From Bdellovibrionales bacterium (GTDB taxonomy: Bacteria; Bdellovibrionota; Bdellovibrionia; Bdellovibrionales; UBA840): a DNA stretch of 22,836 bases. Below, in pieces: positions 8,934 to 17,609 of the stretch; position 1 is the stretch's first letter; each line of letters begins with the position of its first letter. The DNA is taken from assembly GCA_037969075.1 (NCBI GenBank), contig JBBKWS010000147.1, positions 1 through 22,836 of the forward strand, read 5' to 3'. The notes below the pieces were generated by a model, which worked only from the letters and a program-made list of their open reading frames with translations, was not told where the DNA came from and made no database searches. Both the position numbers and the translations under genes were made by a program.

Positions 8934-9985
8934 GATTCAAACCTACCTTTCCATAACTTCTTGCTTCCTTTTCTTTCAGAAATTAAAAGCTCTAAAAATG
9001 AAAGAAAAATAGCAATGCCCAAAAATATCTGAAAGTACTCATTAAAATTGACAGTTACCTTGCTATCAAACTGTGACTTTTCTAGCTTAGAAAGATCTGA
9101 AGCTATCTGCTTAACATGGTTACCTTCAAATACGGCATGATAATAAGCCCCACCGCCATTTTGCGCTAAATCCTGTAAAAGTTTTGTTTTCGCACGACTT
9201 ACAATAATTTGACCCTGATCATCTTTTTTATAACCTTTAAGGTATCCAAAACTATCTCGAAGCGGAATGCTTCCACCCTCAATCGTCCCAATCCCAAGAC
9301 TAAATACCTTAATGCCTTCTTTATTTAGTTTCTCTGCCTGCTCAATAGCGCCGGGCTCGTTATCCTCACCGTCAGAAATAAACAAGATGGCTCTTGTGAC
9401 TTTTACGGTTTCATCAATTTCTTTTCCACCATTCTTAAATGCTTCATCCGCTGTAGTCATTGCCTTAGCGAAATATGTACCTTGTGTACTTACCGAGTTA
9501 ATGTCCAGCGAGTCGATATACATGCGAAGCGCCGAATAGTCTGTGGTAAGGGGCGCAATCATTACACTAGAGCCTGCAAAAACAATTAGCCCTACTTTAT
9601 GACCATTTAACTGATCTAATAATTTATTCATTTCTCTTTTTGCAAAGTCTAATCTACTCGGCTTAATGTCTTCTGCAAGCATCGATCTAGATACGTCGAC
9701 GGCGATCATTAACTCTATGCCCTCGCTTTTTACTTTTTGCTCACCTTGACCCATTTGCAAGCGACATAAAGCCAAGATCATAAAAATTAGAACTATACCT
9801 TCAAGAAGGATTTTAAATTTACGCTTTCTAAATGAAACACTTGATATTAGTTTTTTTAGCAGTTCATGTTGAAAATGCTTTTCTAATTTTTTCTTACCTA
9901 TTTTATAAAAGAAAAAAGCTATCACCCACAATAAAATTACTGCAGGAAGCAGCACTAGGTATTCAGTACTAAAAAAGCGGATCAT
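8930..9985 (-). CDS. batB: BatB VWA-domain membrane protein
   Basis: MIDAS DVSRSM, PSRL, GLIVFAG, PLTTDY, SDGED; N- and C-terminal TM segments. Confidence 0.88.
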   Translation of the reverse strand: MIRFFSTEYLVLLPAVILLWVIAFFFYKIGKKKLEKHFQHELLKKLISSVSFRKRKFKILLEGIVLIFMILALCRLQMGQGEQKVKSEGIELMIAVDVSRSMLAEDIKPSRLDFAKREMNKLLDQLNGHKVGLIVFAGSSVMIAPLTTDYSALRMYIDSLDINSVSTQGTYFAKAMTTADEAFKNGGKEIDETVKVTRAILFISDGEDNEPGAIEQAEKLNKEGIKVFSLGIGTIEGGSIPLRDSFGYLKGYKKDDQGQIIVSRAKTKLLQDLAQNGGGAYYHAVFEGNHVKQIASDLSKLEKSQFDSKVTVNFNEYFQIFLGIAIFLSFLELLISERKGSKKLWKGRFES

Positions 9986-10986
9986 GGCCGCCTCCTAAGT
10001 AAGGTGCGCCCTAATAGCATGCTAGCCATATAAAGGCCAACAGCCCACAAAAGCCATGTTTCGAAATGTTCTTCATACCTAGTAAATGTAAACGTCTCTA
10101 CTTTAGTTTTTTCTAAACTATCAATCTTTGTAAACACACCTTTTAACGATGGGGTATTCACAGCCTTATAATAGCTGCCCCCCGTAACTCTTGCTAACTG
10201 ATCTAAAAGTTCATCATTTACTTTTGATTGCATAGGTTGGTAGGTTTTTATTTTTCTACCAAATGCGTCCGTAGCTACCACTGGCAATTGCGCTAGACCA
10301 TCTCTACCGACTCCAATGGTATAAATCTTAATTCCATACCCTTTTGCTATATCAAGAGCTGTTTCAGGAGCTATTGTTCCTGCGTTACTTTCTCCATCTG
10401 TAAGTAATATAAGAACTCTTGATTTTGCCGTCGAATCCTTTAGTCTGGCGACCCCATTTGCCAGCGCAACTCCGATAGCTGTACCCATTTTTAAATTTCT
10501 AGAAATCTCAATGCCATTAATACTGTTATATAATAGTGGATAATCCGTGGTAAGCGGAACCCTGGTATAGGATTCACCTGAAAATACCACTAAACCAATT
10601 CTATCAGATGTACGACCAGCAATAAACTCTCTTATGGTTTTTTTAGCTGATTCAAGTCTATTCACAGGCTTCATATCTTCAATTAACATCGAATCCGATA
10701 CATCAAGTACCAGCATTATATCTATACCTTCTGCATTCTTCTTCTCTTTACTATTGGCTAACTGTGGTCTCGCCATTGCTATAATCATTAATGCGACAGC
10801 TGAAAGCTTTAACAGAAGAGGGAAATACTTTAAATACGGAAATAAAACTGTGGCTCCTTTTTTAAGTAACTTCACGTCACTAAAAAGAAATGCCCCACTC
10901 CTTCTTTTAAAAAAAAGCAGGCAATAGACCGCTAATCCTACCCAAGGCAATAAAAGTGCAAAGGCCCATTCGCTATGCCATGTCAC
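9982..10986 (-). CDS. batA: BatA VWA-domain membrane protein
   Basis: ARPQ, GIDIMLVLDVSDSM (MIDAS), DRIGLVVF, GTAIG, LLTDGESN, KIYTIGVG; GTG start overlapping the upstream TGA. Confidence 0.9.
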   Translation of the reverse strand: MTWHSEWAFALLLPWVGLAVYCLLFFKRRSGAFLFSDVKLLKKGATVLFPYLKYFPLLLKLSAVALMIIAMARPQLANSKEKKNAEGIDIMLVLDVSDSMLIEDMKPVNRLESAKKTIREFIAGRTSDRIGLVVFSGESYTRVPLTTDYPLLYNSINGIEISRNLKMGTAIGVALANGVARLKDSTAKSRVLILLTDGESNAGTIAPETALDIAKGYGIKIYTIGVGRDGLAQLPVVATDAFGRKIKTYQPMQSKVNDELLDQLARVTGGSYYKAVNTPSLKGVFTKIDSLEKTKVETFTFTRYEEHFETWLLWAVGLYMASMLLGRTLLRRRP

Positions 10987-11918
10987 TTAACACGTCCTTT
11001 TGAACCTTCTTGTAGTTCATCCACATTTTTTCTGAGAGTTTCAGCGATTTTTTCTAAATCCATTTCACTCAAAGTAACCGCTTTGACGCTGACTTTTTTT
11101 AGCTCTAATAAGTTTCTTTTTAAGTGTATAAGCGCAGGCTTTGCAGCCTTAGATTTACGAACAAAGTGATTTGTAGTTTCACCAATACTTCGATTTCTAA
11201 CAGGAAACAAAAACGCATGCTCTAGAAAAGTAAAATACGCATTCTGAAGTTTATTAAACCCATCCACGCCAGAAAGATTCTCTCTGTGCAGCGCGCGCAA
11301 CTCTTTGTAAAAAAACTTATCTGGTCCCAAAGCTAACTGCTTACGCTGTAAATCTTCTAGCCATCGTTTGTAGCGATATTTTTTAATCCATTTTTTTAAG
11401 ACGTAAGAAATCAGTAGAATCGCGGCAAGCAACAGTAGTGCCCACAAAAGCATAGGGTAAGCCATTTTACTAGGTCCAATAAAAGGGTAAGGCTGAGGCC
11501 CTTGACTAGCCGTCTCTGCATTGGCAGGAGGAGGAACTTTAAAATCATGCTTATCTAGCACACTTATAACTTCAAAATTACCAGTAGTTAAGGTTAGGTT
11601 TTCACTACCATTTTCCACTACAAATTCTGGCGCCTGCTCTCCAACTTTATAAGATGCAATTTGTAAATTTAAAGTGGTCTCATCAATAAATTCAGGAGCG
11701 CCTACGTAATAGGATGGCACTTTCTCCTCTTTTTCGGTTTTTAATTTTATGGACCATGCACCGGCATACTGCGCAACCATTTCCCCTTTACACTGCAAAT
11801 CAATTTTTTGCCCCACTGTAAATGCGTCCAAATCCACAGGCGAGCTTTCAGGCTGAAAGATTTTATCCGTCAAAGTATGTTTCGTAGCTGTATTAATGCT
11901 GCAAGTCCAAATTTTCAT
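10983..11918 (-). CDS. Hypothetical single-TM protein of the moxR-bat operon
   Basis: 311-aa ORF coupled by 4-bp overlaps on both sides; Pro-rich linker then one TM (YPMLLWALLLLAAILLISYVL) and a basic helical C-terminal region. Confidence 0.75.
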   Translation of the reverse strand: MKIWTCSINTATKHTLTDKIFQPESSPVDLDAFTVGQKIDLQCKGEMVAQYAGAWSIKLKTEKEEKVPSYYVGAPEFIDETTLNLQIASYKVGEQAPEFVVENGSENLTLTTGNFEVISVLDKHDFKVPPPANAETASQGPQPYPFIGPSKMAYPMLLWALLLLAAILLISYVLKKWIKKYRYKRWLEDLQRKQLALGPDKFFYKELRALHRENLSGVDGFNKLQNAYFTFLEHAFLFPVRNRSIGETTNHFVRKSKAAKPALIHLKRNLLELKKVSVKAVTLSEMDLEKIAETLRKNVDELQEGSKGRVK

Positions 11919-12790
11919 TTTCTATGTCTCTTTTGAAAATAAGCGATCAAAGGATCCACATAGTTTTTAGAGTTATTTATATGTACGGCACCGACCTCAG
12001 CCTGTCTTAAATTTTTATCTATCAATTTTCTACGCTTCTCGTAATCTTGCTTTAACATTTTTTGAAATTTGCTGCTAGAGGTATCAACACTAATCCATTC
12101 ACCCGTTTCAGCATCTTGAAAATCCATAATTCCAAGTTTTGGAAATGCGCTCTCTGTCTCGTCTTCTAAAATAATTGCTGTTACATCATGTTTTCTTGAA
12201 AGTCGTTTCAAACTTAATTCATACTCTGTATCAAAAAAATCACTGAATATAAAAATATTCGATTGTTTTTTTAGTAGACCACTTAAGTAATTAATACTTG
12301 GCTTTAATGAAGTTCCGCGACTTTTTGGTTTAAAATACAAAAGGTCTCTGAGAATCCTATGCATATTAGCACGCCCTTTTTTAGGCGGTACATAGTGCTC
12401 AACCTGGTCAGAAAATAAAAGTAAGCCTACGTGATCCCCGTTACCAATCGCTGCAAAACCAAGAAGAGCCGCTAGGTGAACAATTCTTTCCCCTTTAAAA
12501 TAACCATCTGAGCCGTAGTCTCCTGAGCCGCTCACATCTACCATCAAAATGGTAGAGAGTTCTCTTTCTTCATCAAATTTTTTAATGTGCATCCGACCAG
12601 TTTTTGCAGAAATATTCCATGATATATGTCTTACGTCGTCTCCGTGAACATATTCACGAAACTCCGAGAACTGCATCCCCTGCCCTTTAAATGCCGAGTG
12701 ATATTCACCAGTAAAAATGTTATTCACAAGTTTTCTGGTGTTAAGTTCTATTAATTTAACTTTCTTTAAAATTTCCGGGGGAAATCTCAA
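11915..12790 (-). CDS. DUF58 (VWA-like) MoxR partner protein
   Basis: GEYHSAFKGQGMQFSEFREYVHGDDVRHISWN, FDEERE, DVSGS and FIFSDF motifs. Confidence 0.92.
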   Translation of the reverse strand: MRFPPEILKKVKLIELNTRKLVNNIFTGEYHSAFKGQGMQFSEFREYVHGDDVRHISWNISAKTGRMHIKKFDEERELSTILMVDVSGSGDYGSDGYFKGERIVHLAALLGFAAIGNGDHVGLLLFSDQVEHYVPPKKGRANMHRILRDLLYFKPKSRGTSLKPSINYLSGLLKKQSNIFIFSDFFDTEYELSLKRLSRKHDVTAIILEDETESAFPKLGIMDFQDAETGEWISVDTSSSKFQKMLKQDYEKRRKLIDKNLRQAEVGAVHINNSKNYVDPLIAYFQKRHRK

Positions 12791-13779
12791 ACTGGTACCT
12801 CGATCGTGTTTAGTATCTCACTAATTACCGTGTCTGCTGTGGTTTCTTCTGCTTCTGCTTCGTAACTTAAACCAATTCTGTGACGTAGTACTGGATATGC
12901 TACAGCCTTAATATCTTCTGCCCCCACATAACCTCTTCCCCGTAAAAAAGCATGGGCCTTTGCTGCTCTTACTAAACTAATTGTAGCTCTAGGTGAACAC
13001 CCCACTTCGATTAAGTCCGCCAAGTGATTCATTCCAAAATCTTTAGGATCCCTTGTGCTTACAACTAAATCTACTATGTAATTTTTAATTTTATCATCAA
13101 CATAAATCATGTTTACAACTTGTCTGGCTTTAATCAGCTCTTCACGACTAATTACTTTTTCAACAATGTGTTGAGCTTCATCATGTAGTCTGTTTAAAAT
13201 TTCCATCTCTTCTGTGCGAGTTGGGTAGTTCACAATGATTTTAAACATGAACCGGTCCATCTGCGCTTCTGGTAGAGCATACGTGCCCTCTTGCTCTAAT
13301 GGATTTTGTGTAGCCATAACCAAAAACGGCGTATCCAATTTATAAGTGGTATCACCGATTGTTACCTGCTTCTCTGCCATGGCCTCTAGTAATGCCGACT
13401 GTACTTTTGCTGGTGCCCTGTTAATCTCATCGGCAAGTACGATATTACTAAAAATTGGCCCTTTTTTGGCAACAAACGTTCCGCTAGATTGATTATAAAT
13501 CATGGTTCCAATTAAATCAGAGGGCAATAAATCCGGCGTAAACTGTATACGCTGAAATTGCAAATCTATAGTTTTAGTAATCGTGGCAATGGTCAGAGTT
13601 TTTGCCAGCCCTGGAACTCCTTCTAATAAGATATGCCCACCAGTTAGCAGTCCAATTAAAATCCCTTCTAACATCTCTTGTTGGCCGACAACGACTTTGC
13701 CAACCTCAGACATCATTCGTCCAACAAACTCACTATCTTTTTTGATCTGTGCATTTAAAGCTAAAATATCGACTTGCAA
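12787..13779 (-). CDS. moxR: MoxR family AAA+ ATPase
   Basis: Walker A GVPGLAKT, RIQFTPDLLPSD, Walker B LADEINRA, ATQNPLEQEGTY, LPEAQMDRF; TTG start preceded by GAGG. Confidence 0.96.
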   Translation of the reverse strand: MQVDILALNAQIKKDSEFVGRMMSEVGKVVVGQQEMLEGILIGLLTGGHILLEGVPGLAKTLTIATITKTIDLQFQRIQFTPDLLPSDLIGTMIYNQSSGTFVAKKGPIFSNIVLADEINRAPAKVQSALLEAMAEKQVTIGDTTYKLDTPFLVMATQNPLEQEGTYALPEAQMDRFMFKIIVNYPTRTEEMEILNRLHDEAQHIVEKVISREELIKARQVVNMIYVDDKIKNYIVDLVVSTRDPKDFGMNHLADLIEVGCSPRATISLVRAAKAHAFLRGRGYVGAEDIKAVAYPVLRHRIGLSYEAEAEETTADTVISEILNTIEVPV

Positions 13780-13859
13780 TGGAACCTCACTTCAAAAATA
13801 TTTTAATTATTGTCTCTAACTTAACCGTAGGCATCAAGACATTTACACTTCGCAACAAA

Positions 13860-13888
13860 TTGACAGTGCGTATTGCTACAGGTAGGCT
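13860..13888 (+). promoter_or_regulatory. Sigma70-type promoter for the htpX-like operon
   Basis: TTGACA (13860-13865), 17-nt spacer, TAGGCT (13883-13888); ATG follows 9 nt later. Confidence 0.7.
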
Positions 13889-13897
13889 AAAATCCAA

Positions 13898-14725
13898 ATG
13901 AATCAAAGCAAAAGAATCTTTTTAGTGCTGAGTCTTTTATCATTAGCTCTTTTGCTAGTTGGTCAAAAATTAGGCGGCAGACAAGGTTTATTGTTTGCAT
14001 TTTTGGTCTCTATCGCCCTAAACACCCTAATCTATTACTTTGCCGATATTCGTATATTAAATATGTTTAAGGATAAGCCTATCGAGGGTAACGATCCATG
14101 GGACGCCAACCTTATGTTAAGAGACTTATCTCAAAAAGCTAAGCTTCCCGTTCCAAAAATATACTCTACAAAGCTTCCCTCTGCTACAGCCCTCACCGTT
14201 GGTAAATCATGGACGCAGTCCTACATTTTACTGAGCGAAAAACTATTAGAGAAGTTAACAAAAGACGAACTTCAAGCTGTGTTGGCCCTTGAGCTTGCAA
14301 AGATTAAAAGACAAGATACTCTAGCAATGGGTATGTTAAGTATTTTTACGTCTTTTTGGCTACATATCTGCCAAGGATTAGATGCTGTTATTTTTATGCA
14401 TTGGCTGTTTAAAAAACACATCTACTTCTTCACATACCTAAGCTTACCCATACTTAAAGCAATACTTTACATGACTATTCATCCATCAACATACTATTCA
14501 AGCGATAGATTCGCTGCCGAACTTTTGCCCAACCCAAAGCTCCTAGCCGAGGTAATCTGGAAACTAGAATCCTATGCGAGCACTATTCCCTTAAAAGTAC
14601 CTTTGGACACAGCACATCTGTTTATAGTAAATCCTTTACCCAAGGATGGACTATATAAGTGGCTACGAATTCAGCCCGAGTATAGTTTGCGAATTCAAAG
14701 ACTGGTTGGCCACTTTCCCATTTAG
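13898..14725 (+). CDS. htpX: HtpX/M48 peptidase homologue with degenerate active site (probable pseudoprotease)
   Basis: HtpX architecture (two N-terminal TMs, YYFAD, LSQKAKLPVPKIY, LLEKLTKDELQAVLA, TAHLFIVNPL, RIQRL) but HExxH reads LELAK. Confidence 0.8.
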   Translation: MNQSKRIFLVLSLLSLALLLVGQKLGGRQGLLFAFLVSIALNTLIYYFADIRILNMFKDKPIEGNDPWDANLMLRDLSQKAKLPVPKIYSTKLPSATALTVGKSWTQSYILLSEKLLEKLTKDELQAVLALELAKIKRQDTLAMGMLSIFTSFWLHICQGLDAVIFMHWLFKKHIYFFTYLSLPILKAILYMTIHPSTYYSSDRFAAELLPNPKLLAEVIWKLESYASTIPLKVPLDTAHLFIVNPLPKDGLYKWLRIQPEYSLRIQRLVGHFPI

Positions 14726-14733
14726 GAGGCTTC

Positions 14734-14991
14734 ATGCAAAAAGAACTAGAGGCTAGTTTCTCTACCCTGATACTCTCTATAGCATCTAGTGCTGCTATGC
14801 ACTTGGGCGAAAACTCTGGCACTCCTAGCAAAGCAGAGAAAAACCCAAGCCTGGCAAAGTTTAATATTGAGCTGTTACGCTTACTGCAAGTAAAAACAAA
14901 AGGTAATTTGAGTCCAGATGAAGAATCGCTACTATTACGCGTTCTAAAGGATTTACAGTTAAAATATGTAGCTGAAACAAAAAAATCGTGA
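14734..14991 (+). CDS. DUF1844 domain protein
   Basis: FSTLILSIASSAAMHLG and AKFNIELLRLLQVKTKGNLSPDEE..L..LQLKYV pattern; AGGAGG RBS. Confidence 0.85.
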   Translation: MQKELEASFSTLILSIASSAAMHLGENSGTPSKAEKNPSLAKFNIELLRLLQVKTKGNLSPDEESLLLRVLKDLQLKYVAETKKS

Positions 14992-14998
14992 GGTTCTT

Positions 14999-16354
14999 AT
15001 GCGAATATTTTTTATTTTTAGTTTATTGCTTCCAAATGTAATTTTAGCCCAAAGCTTGCCTGATTTTGTCAGTCTAGCAAAAAAAGTAAATCCCGCCGTA
15101 GTTAACATCCAGACCAAGCAAACTCCGAAAAGCAGCCCTTATCAAGATCCAATGCAGGAATTTCTAGAGCAGTTCTATGGCATGAGTCCAAGGCACCGAG
15201 AACCGATCCAATCACTCGGATCAGGCTTTATTATAGATAAGTCCGGTTTAATTATTACAAATAACCATGTGGTTGATAAGGCCGATGAGATTGATGTTCA
15301 GCTTAGTACTTCAGATAAGACATATAAAGCCAAAGTAATTGGAAAAGACGCCCGAACTGACATCGCACTTATAAAAATTGATGTAAAAGATGATTTACCA
15401 ACACTGCCACTTGGAAGTAGCGAGTCCACAGAAGTGGGAGAATGGGTAGTAGCTTTTGGTAGCCCGCTGGGATTTACGCAAACGGTTACTAAAGGAATTA
15501 TCTCTGGTAAAGGAAGGTCTGTTGAAGAGATTGGATTATTTCCTTTCTTACAAACAGACGCTAGCATTAATCCAGGCAATTCTGGTGGTCCCTTGGTAAA
15601 CTTAAAAGGTGAAGCTATTGGGGTAAATACTTTTATCATTCAAGGTGCGTCAGGTTTGAGTTTTGCAACTCCCATTGACGGAGTAAAACAAATATTAGAC
15701 GACCTAAAATCAAAAGGAAAAGTCATTCGCGGATATATCGGTTTATCTTATTCGCCGCTAGACCCAAGGGCCGCTAATTATTTGGGATTAAAGAATCTTA
15801 ATGGTGTTATTGTAGGGGACGTTTATAAAAATGGCCCCGCCTACAAAGCGGGTTTAAAACCATATGATGTAATCATTAAATTTGCTGATACAGATATTAA
15901 GTCAGTGGCATCATTACAAAATGCCGTTGCTAAACAAAAAGTCGGCTCAAAAGTCGATGTTAAAATTTTGCGCGAACGCAAAGAACTTTCAAAAAAAATA
16001 TCTATTGAATTACCGCCGGACAACTTTTATGCCGGAGAGTCGAATGAATCCGAAGGGAATCTACCAACCGGCGAAGAAGCCCCGTTTAATTTAGGATTTC
16101 GCTACTCTATTGTGAATGCGCGTATATTAGGTAAATTAGGGCTACCTAACACAAACAAGCCTATCATCGTCTCTGTTGAGTCTAACTCAGCGGCCAGACT
16201 AGCTGGTCTTGCTCGAGGCGATATTTTATTAGATATAAATAGAAAAAACATTCGTGCACAAAAAGATGTAAAAAAATTCTTAAAAAAAGGAAGTAACTTA
16301 ATTCGTGTTCAACGCGGAAACTATAGAGTCGCTTTGTTTATTGAAGGGCAATAA
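14999..16354 (+). CDS. degP: Do/DegP/DegQ family periplasmic serine endopeptidase (trypsin + 2 PDZ)
   Basis: Signal peptide, SLGSGFII, TNNHVV (His), TDIAL (Asp), QTDASINPGNSGGPL (Ser), two PDZ domains; GAGG RBS. Confidence 0.93.
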   Translation: MRIFFIFSLLLPNVILAQSLPDFVSLAKKVNPAVVNIQTKQTPKSSPYQDPMQEFLEQFYGMSPRHREPIQSLGSGFIIDKSGLIITNNHVVDKADEIDVQLSTSDKTYKAKVIGKDARTDIALIKIDVKDDLPTLPLGSSESTEVGEWVVAFGSPLGFTQTVTKGIISGKGRSVEEIGLFPFLQTDASINPGNSGGPLVNLKGEAIGVNTFIIQGASGLSFATPIDGVKQILDDLKSKGKVIRGYIGLSYSPLDPRAANYLGLKNLNGVIVGDVYKNGPAYKAGLKPYDVIIKFADTDIKSVASLQNAVAKQKVGSKVDVKILRERKELSKKISIELPPDNFYAGESNESEGNLPTGEEAPFNLGFRYSIVNARILGKLGLPNTNKPIIVSVESNSAARLAGLARGDILLDINRKNIRAQKDVKKFLKKGSNLIRVQRGNYRVALFIEGQ

Positions 16355-16358
16355 TAGA

Positions 16359-17609
16359 ATGCAATTTGATATTTTTTTCTCTCTTAGCCATACCCCTGTT
16401 AATACATATCTGCCTACAGAAAAGGTCCTGCTTGAAAACTTTTTTGAGCAAATTGTAGCAGCAGATCAATTAGGGTACAACACCGCCTGGGTTGCTGAAT
16501 CTCACTTATCAAGCCAAACACAAAAAAAGCATAAAAATCCCGTTGTGCCTCATTGGCAGGGAGAAGTCGGAATTAATGCTGATATTTTTCAGCTTGGACA
16601 AATGATCTTTGATCGCACAAAACAAATCGAAGTGGGTTCAGCCGTAATGAACTTATTTACAAATGGTGGCCCAATAGCGGCAGCTGAAAGAATTGCTACA
16701 TTTTTATCCCTGCACAGCTTACGAAATGATAGTAGAAAATTAAATATTGGTTTTTCTGCTGGCCGCTTTGAATATATGAGTAGGGCTTACGGAATAAAAC
16801 CAAGAAACGCATTAGAAGAAAGATTTTGGCCAATGGTTAAAAATCAATTTTTTAGTGAGGCCTGTGAAATATTTCTGAAGCTACTATCTAAAAAAGAAAT
16901 TTCAAGTCAAGATATCGCCATCAGATATCTTGAAGAGACTAGCTTTCAAACTAAAGAAGAATGGTTGTTAGCCCAACAAGCCTTTACTCCCAAGAATCAT
17001 ATGGAGCGCATACCATTAGAAAAATTTTATACGTTCGATACTCTTAAAGTTGTGCCACAAGAATTTGATTTGAAATTATTGGATCTGATTATTGGTAGTC
17101 ACGTTCCTCATATGCAAATCGAGGTAAATAAACACCTGCCGGTTAAAGTTTTCAACCTATCCATTACTAAACCAGAAATTATTGATGACACTCATAAACG
17201 AATGCAAGAGCACTACCACAAAAGCGGCGGGCAGTGGAAACGTTCATACATGCCAAGAACCACTTTTGTTTTTATCAATGAGCAAGTTGGATTAAGTCCA
17301 AAGGAAAGAAGTATAAAGGCCCACGAGGAGGCAAAACTCGCTCTTAGTGCATATTGGACCGCGATTGAGGGAACAGTAGATCCAAAAAAAATTGAGGGTG
17401 CCAGCCAAAATGCTCTGATTGGAACTGCTGAAGAAATTACTCAACAAATTAACGAGCGCTTTCATAAGGATGATACATTAATGTTATGGTTTGATTTTTT
17501 TAATCACGACAGCAAGCGGGTCATTGAAAATATGCAAGCCTTCAAAGAAAAAGTAGCCAGTAGATGTAACTTATCACACGGAGATTACCCTGACTTTCTT
17601 AAGAGATAA
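16359..17609 (+). CDS. LLM class flavin-dependent oxidoreductase (luciferase-like monooxygenase)
   Basis: ADQLGYNTAWVAESH, RTKQIEVGSAV, AERIATF and ALIGTAEEI motifs. Start set at ATG 16359, 4 nt after the degP stop, rather than GTG 16305. Confidence 0.82.
   Translation: MQFDIFFSLSHTPVNTYLPTEKVLLENFFEQIVAADQLGYNTAWVAESHLSSQTQKKHKNPVVPHWQGEVGINADIFQLGQMIFDRTKQIEVGSAVMNLFTNGGPIAAAERIATFLSLHSLRNDSRKLNIGFSAGRFEYMSRAYGIKPRNALEERFWPMVKNQFFSEACEIFLKLLSKKEISSQDIAIRYLEETSFQTKEEWLLAQQAFTPKNHMERIPLEKFYTFDTLKVVPQEFDLKLLDLIIGSHVPHMQIEVNKHLPVKVFNLSITKPEIIDDTHKRMQEHYHKSGGQWKRSYMPRTTFVFINEQVGLSPKERSIKAHEEAKLALSAYWTAIEGTVDPKKIEGASQNALIGTAEEITQQINERFHKDDTLMLWFDFFNHDSKRVIENMQAFKEKVASRCNLSHGDYPDFLKR

Noticed and set aside
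17564..17569. ATG-TAA minigene near the LLM/kynB junction
   Set aside because: Out of frame with both genes, no RBS, and a 6-mer is expected by chance.
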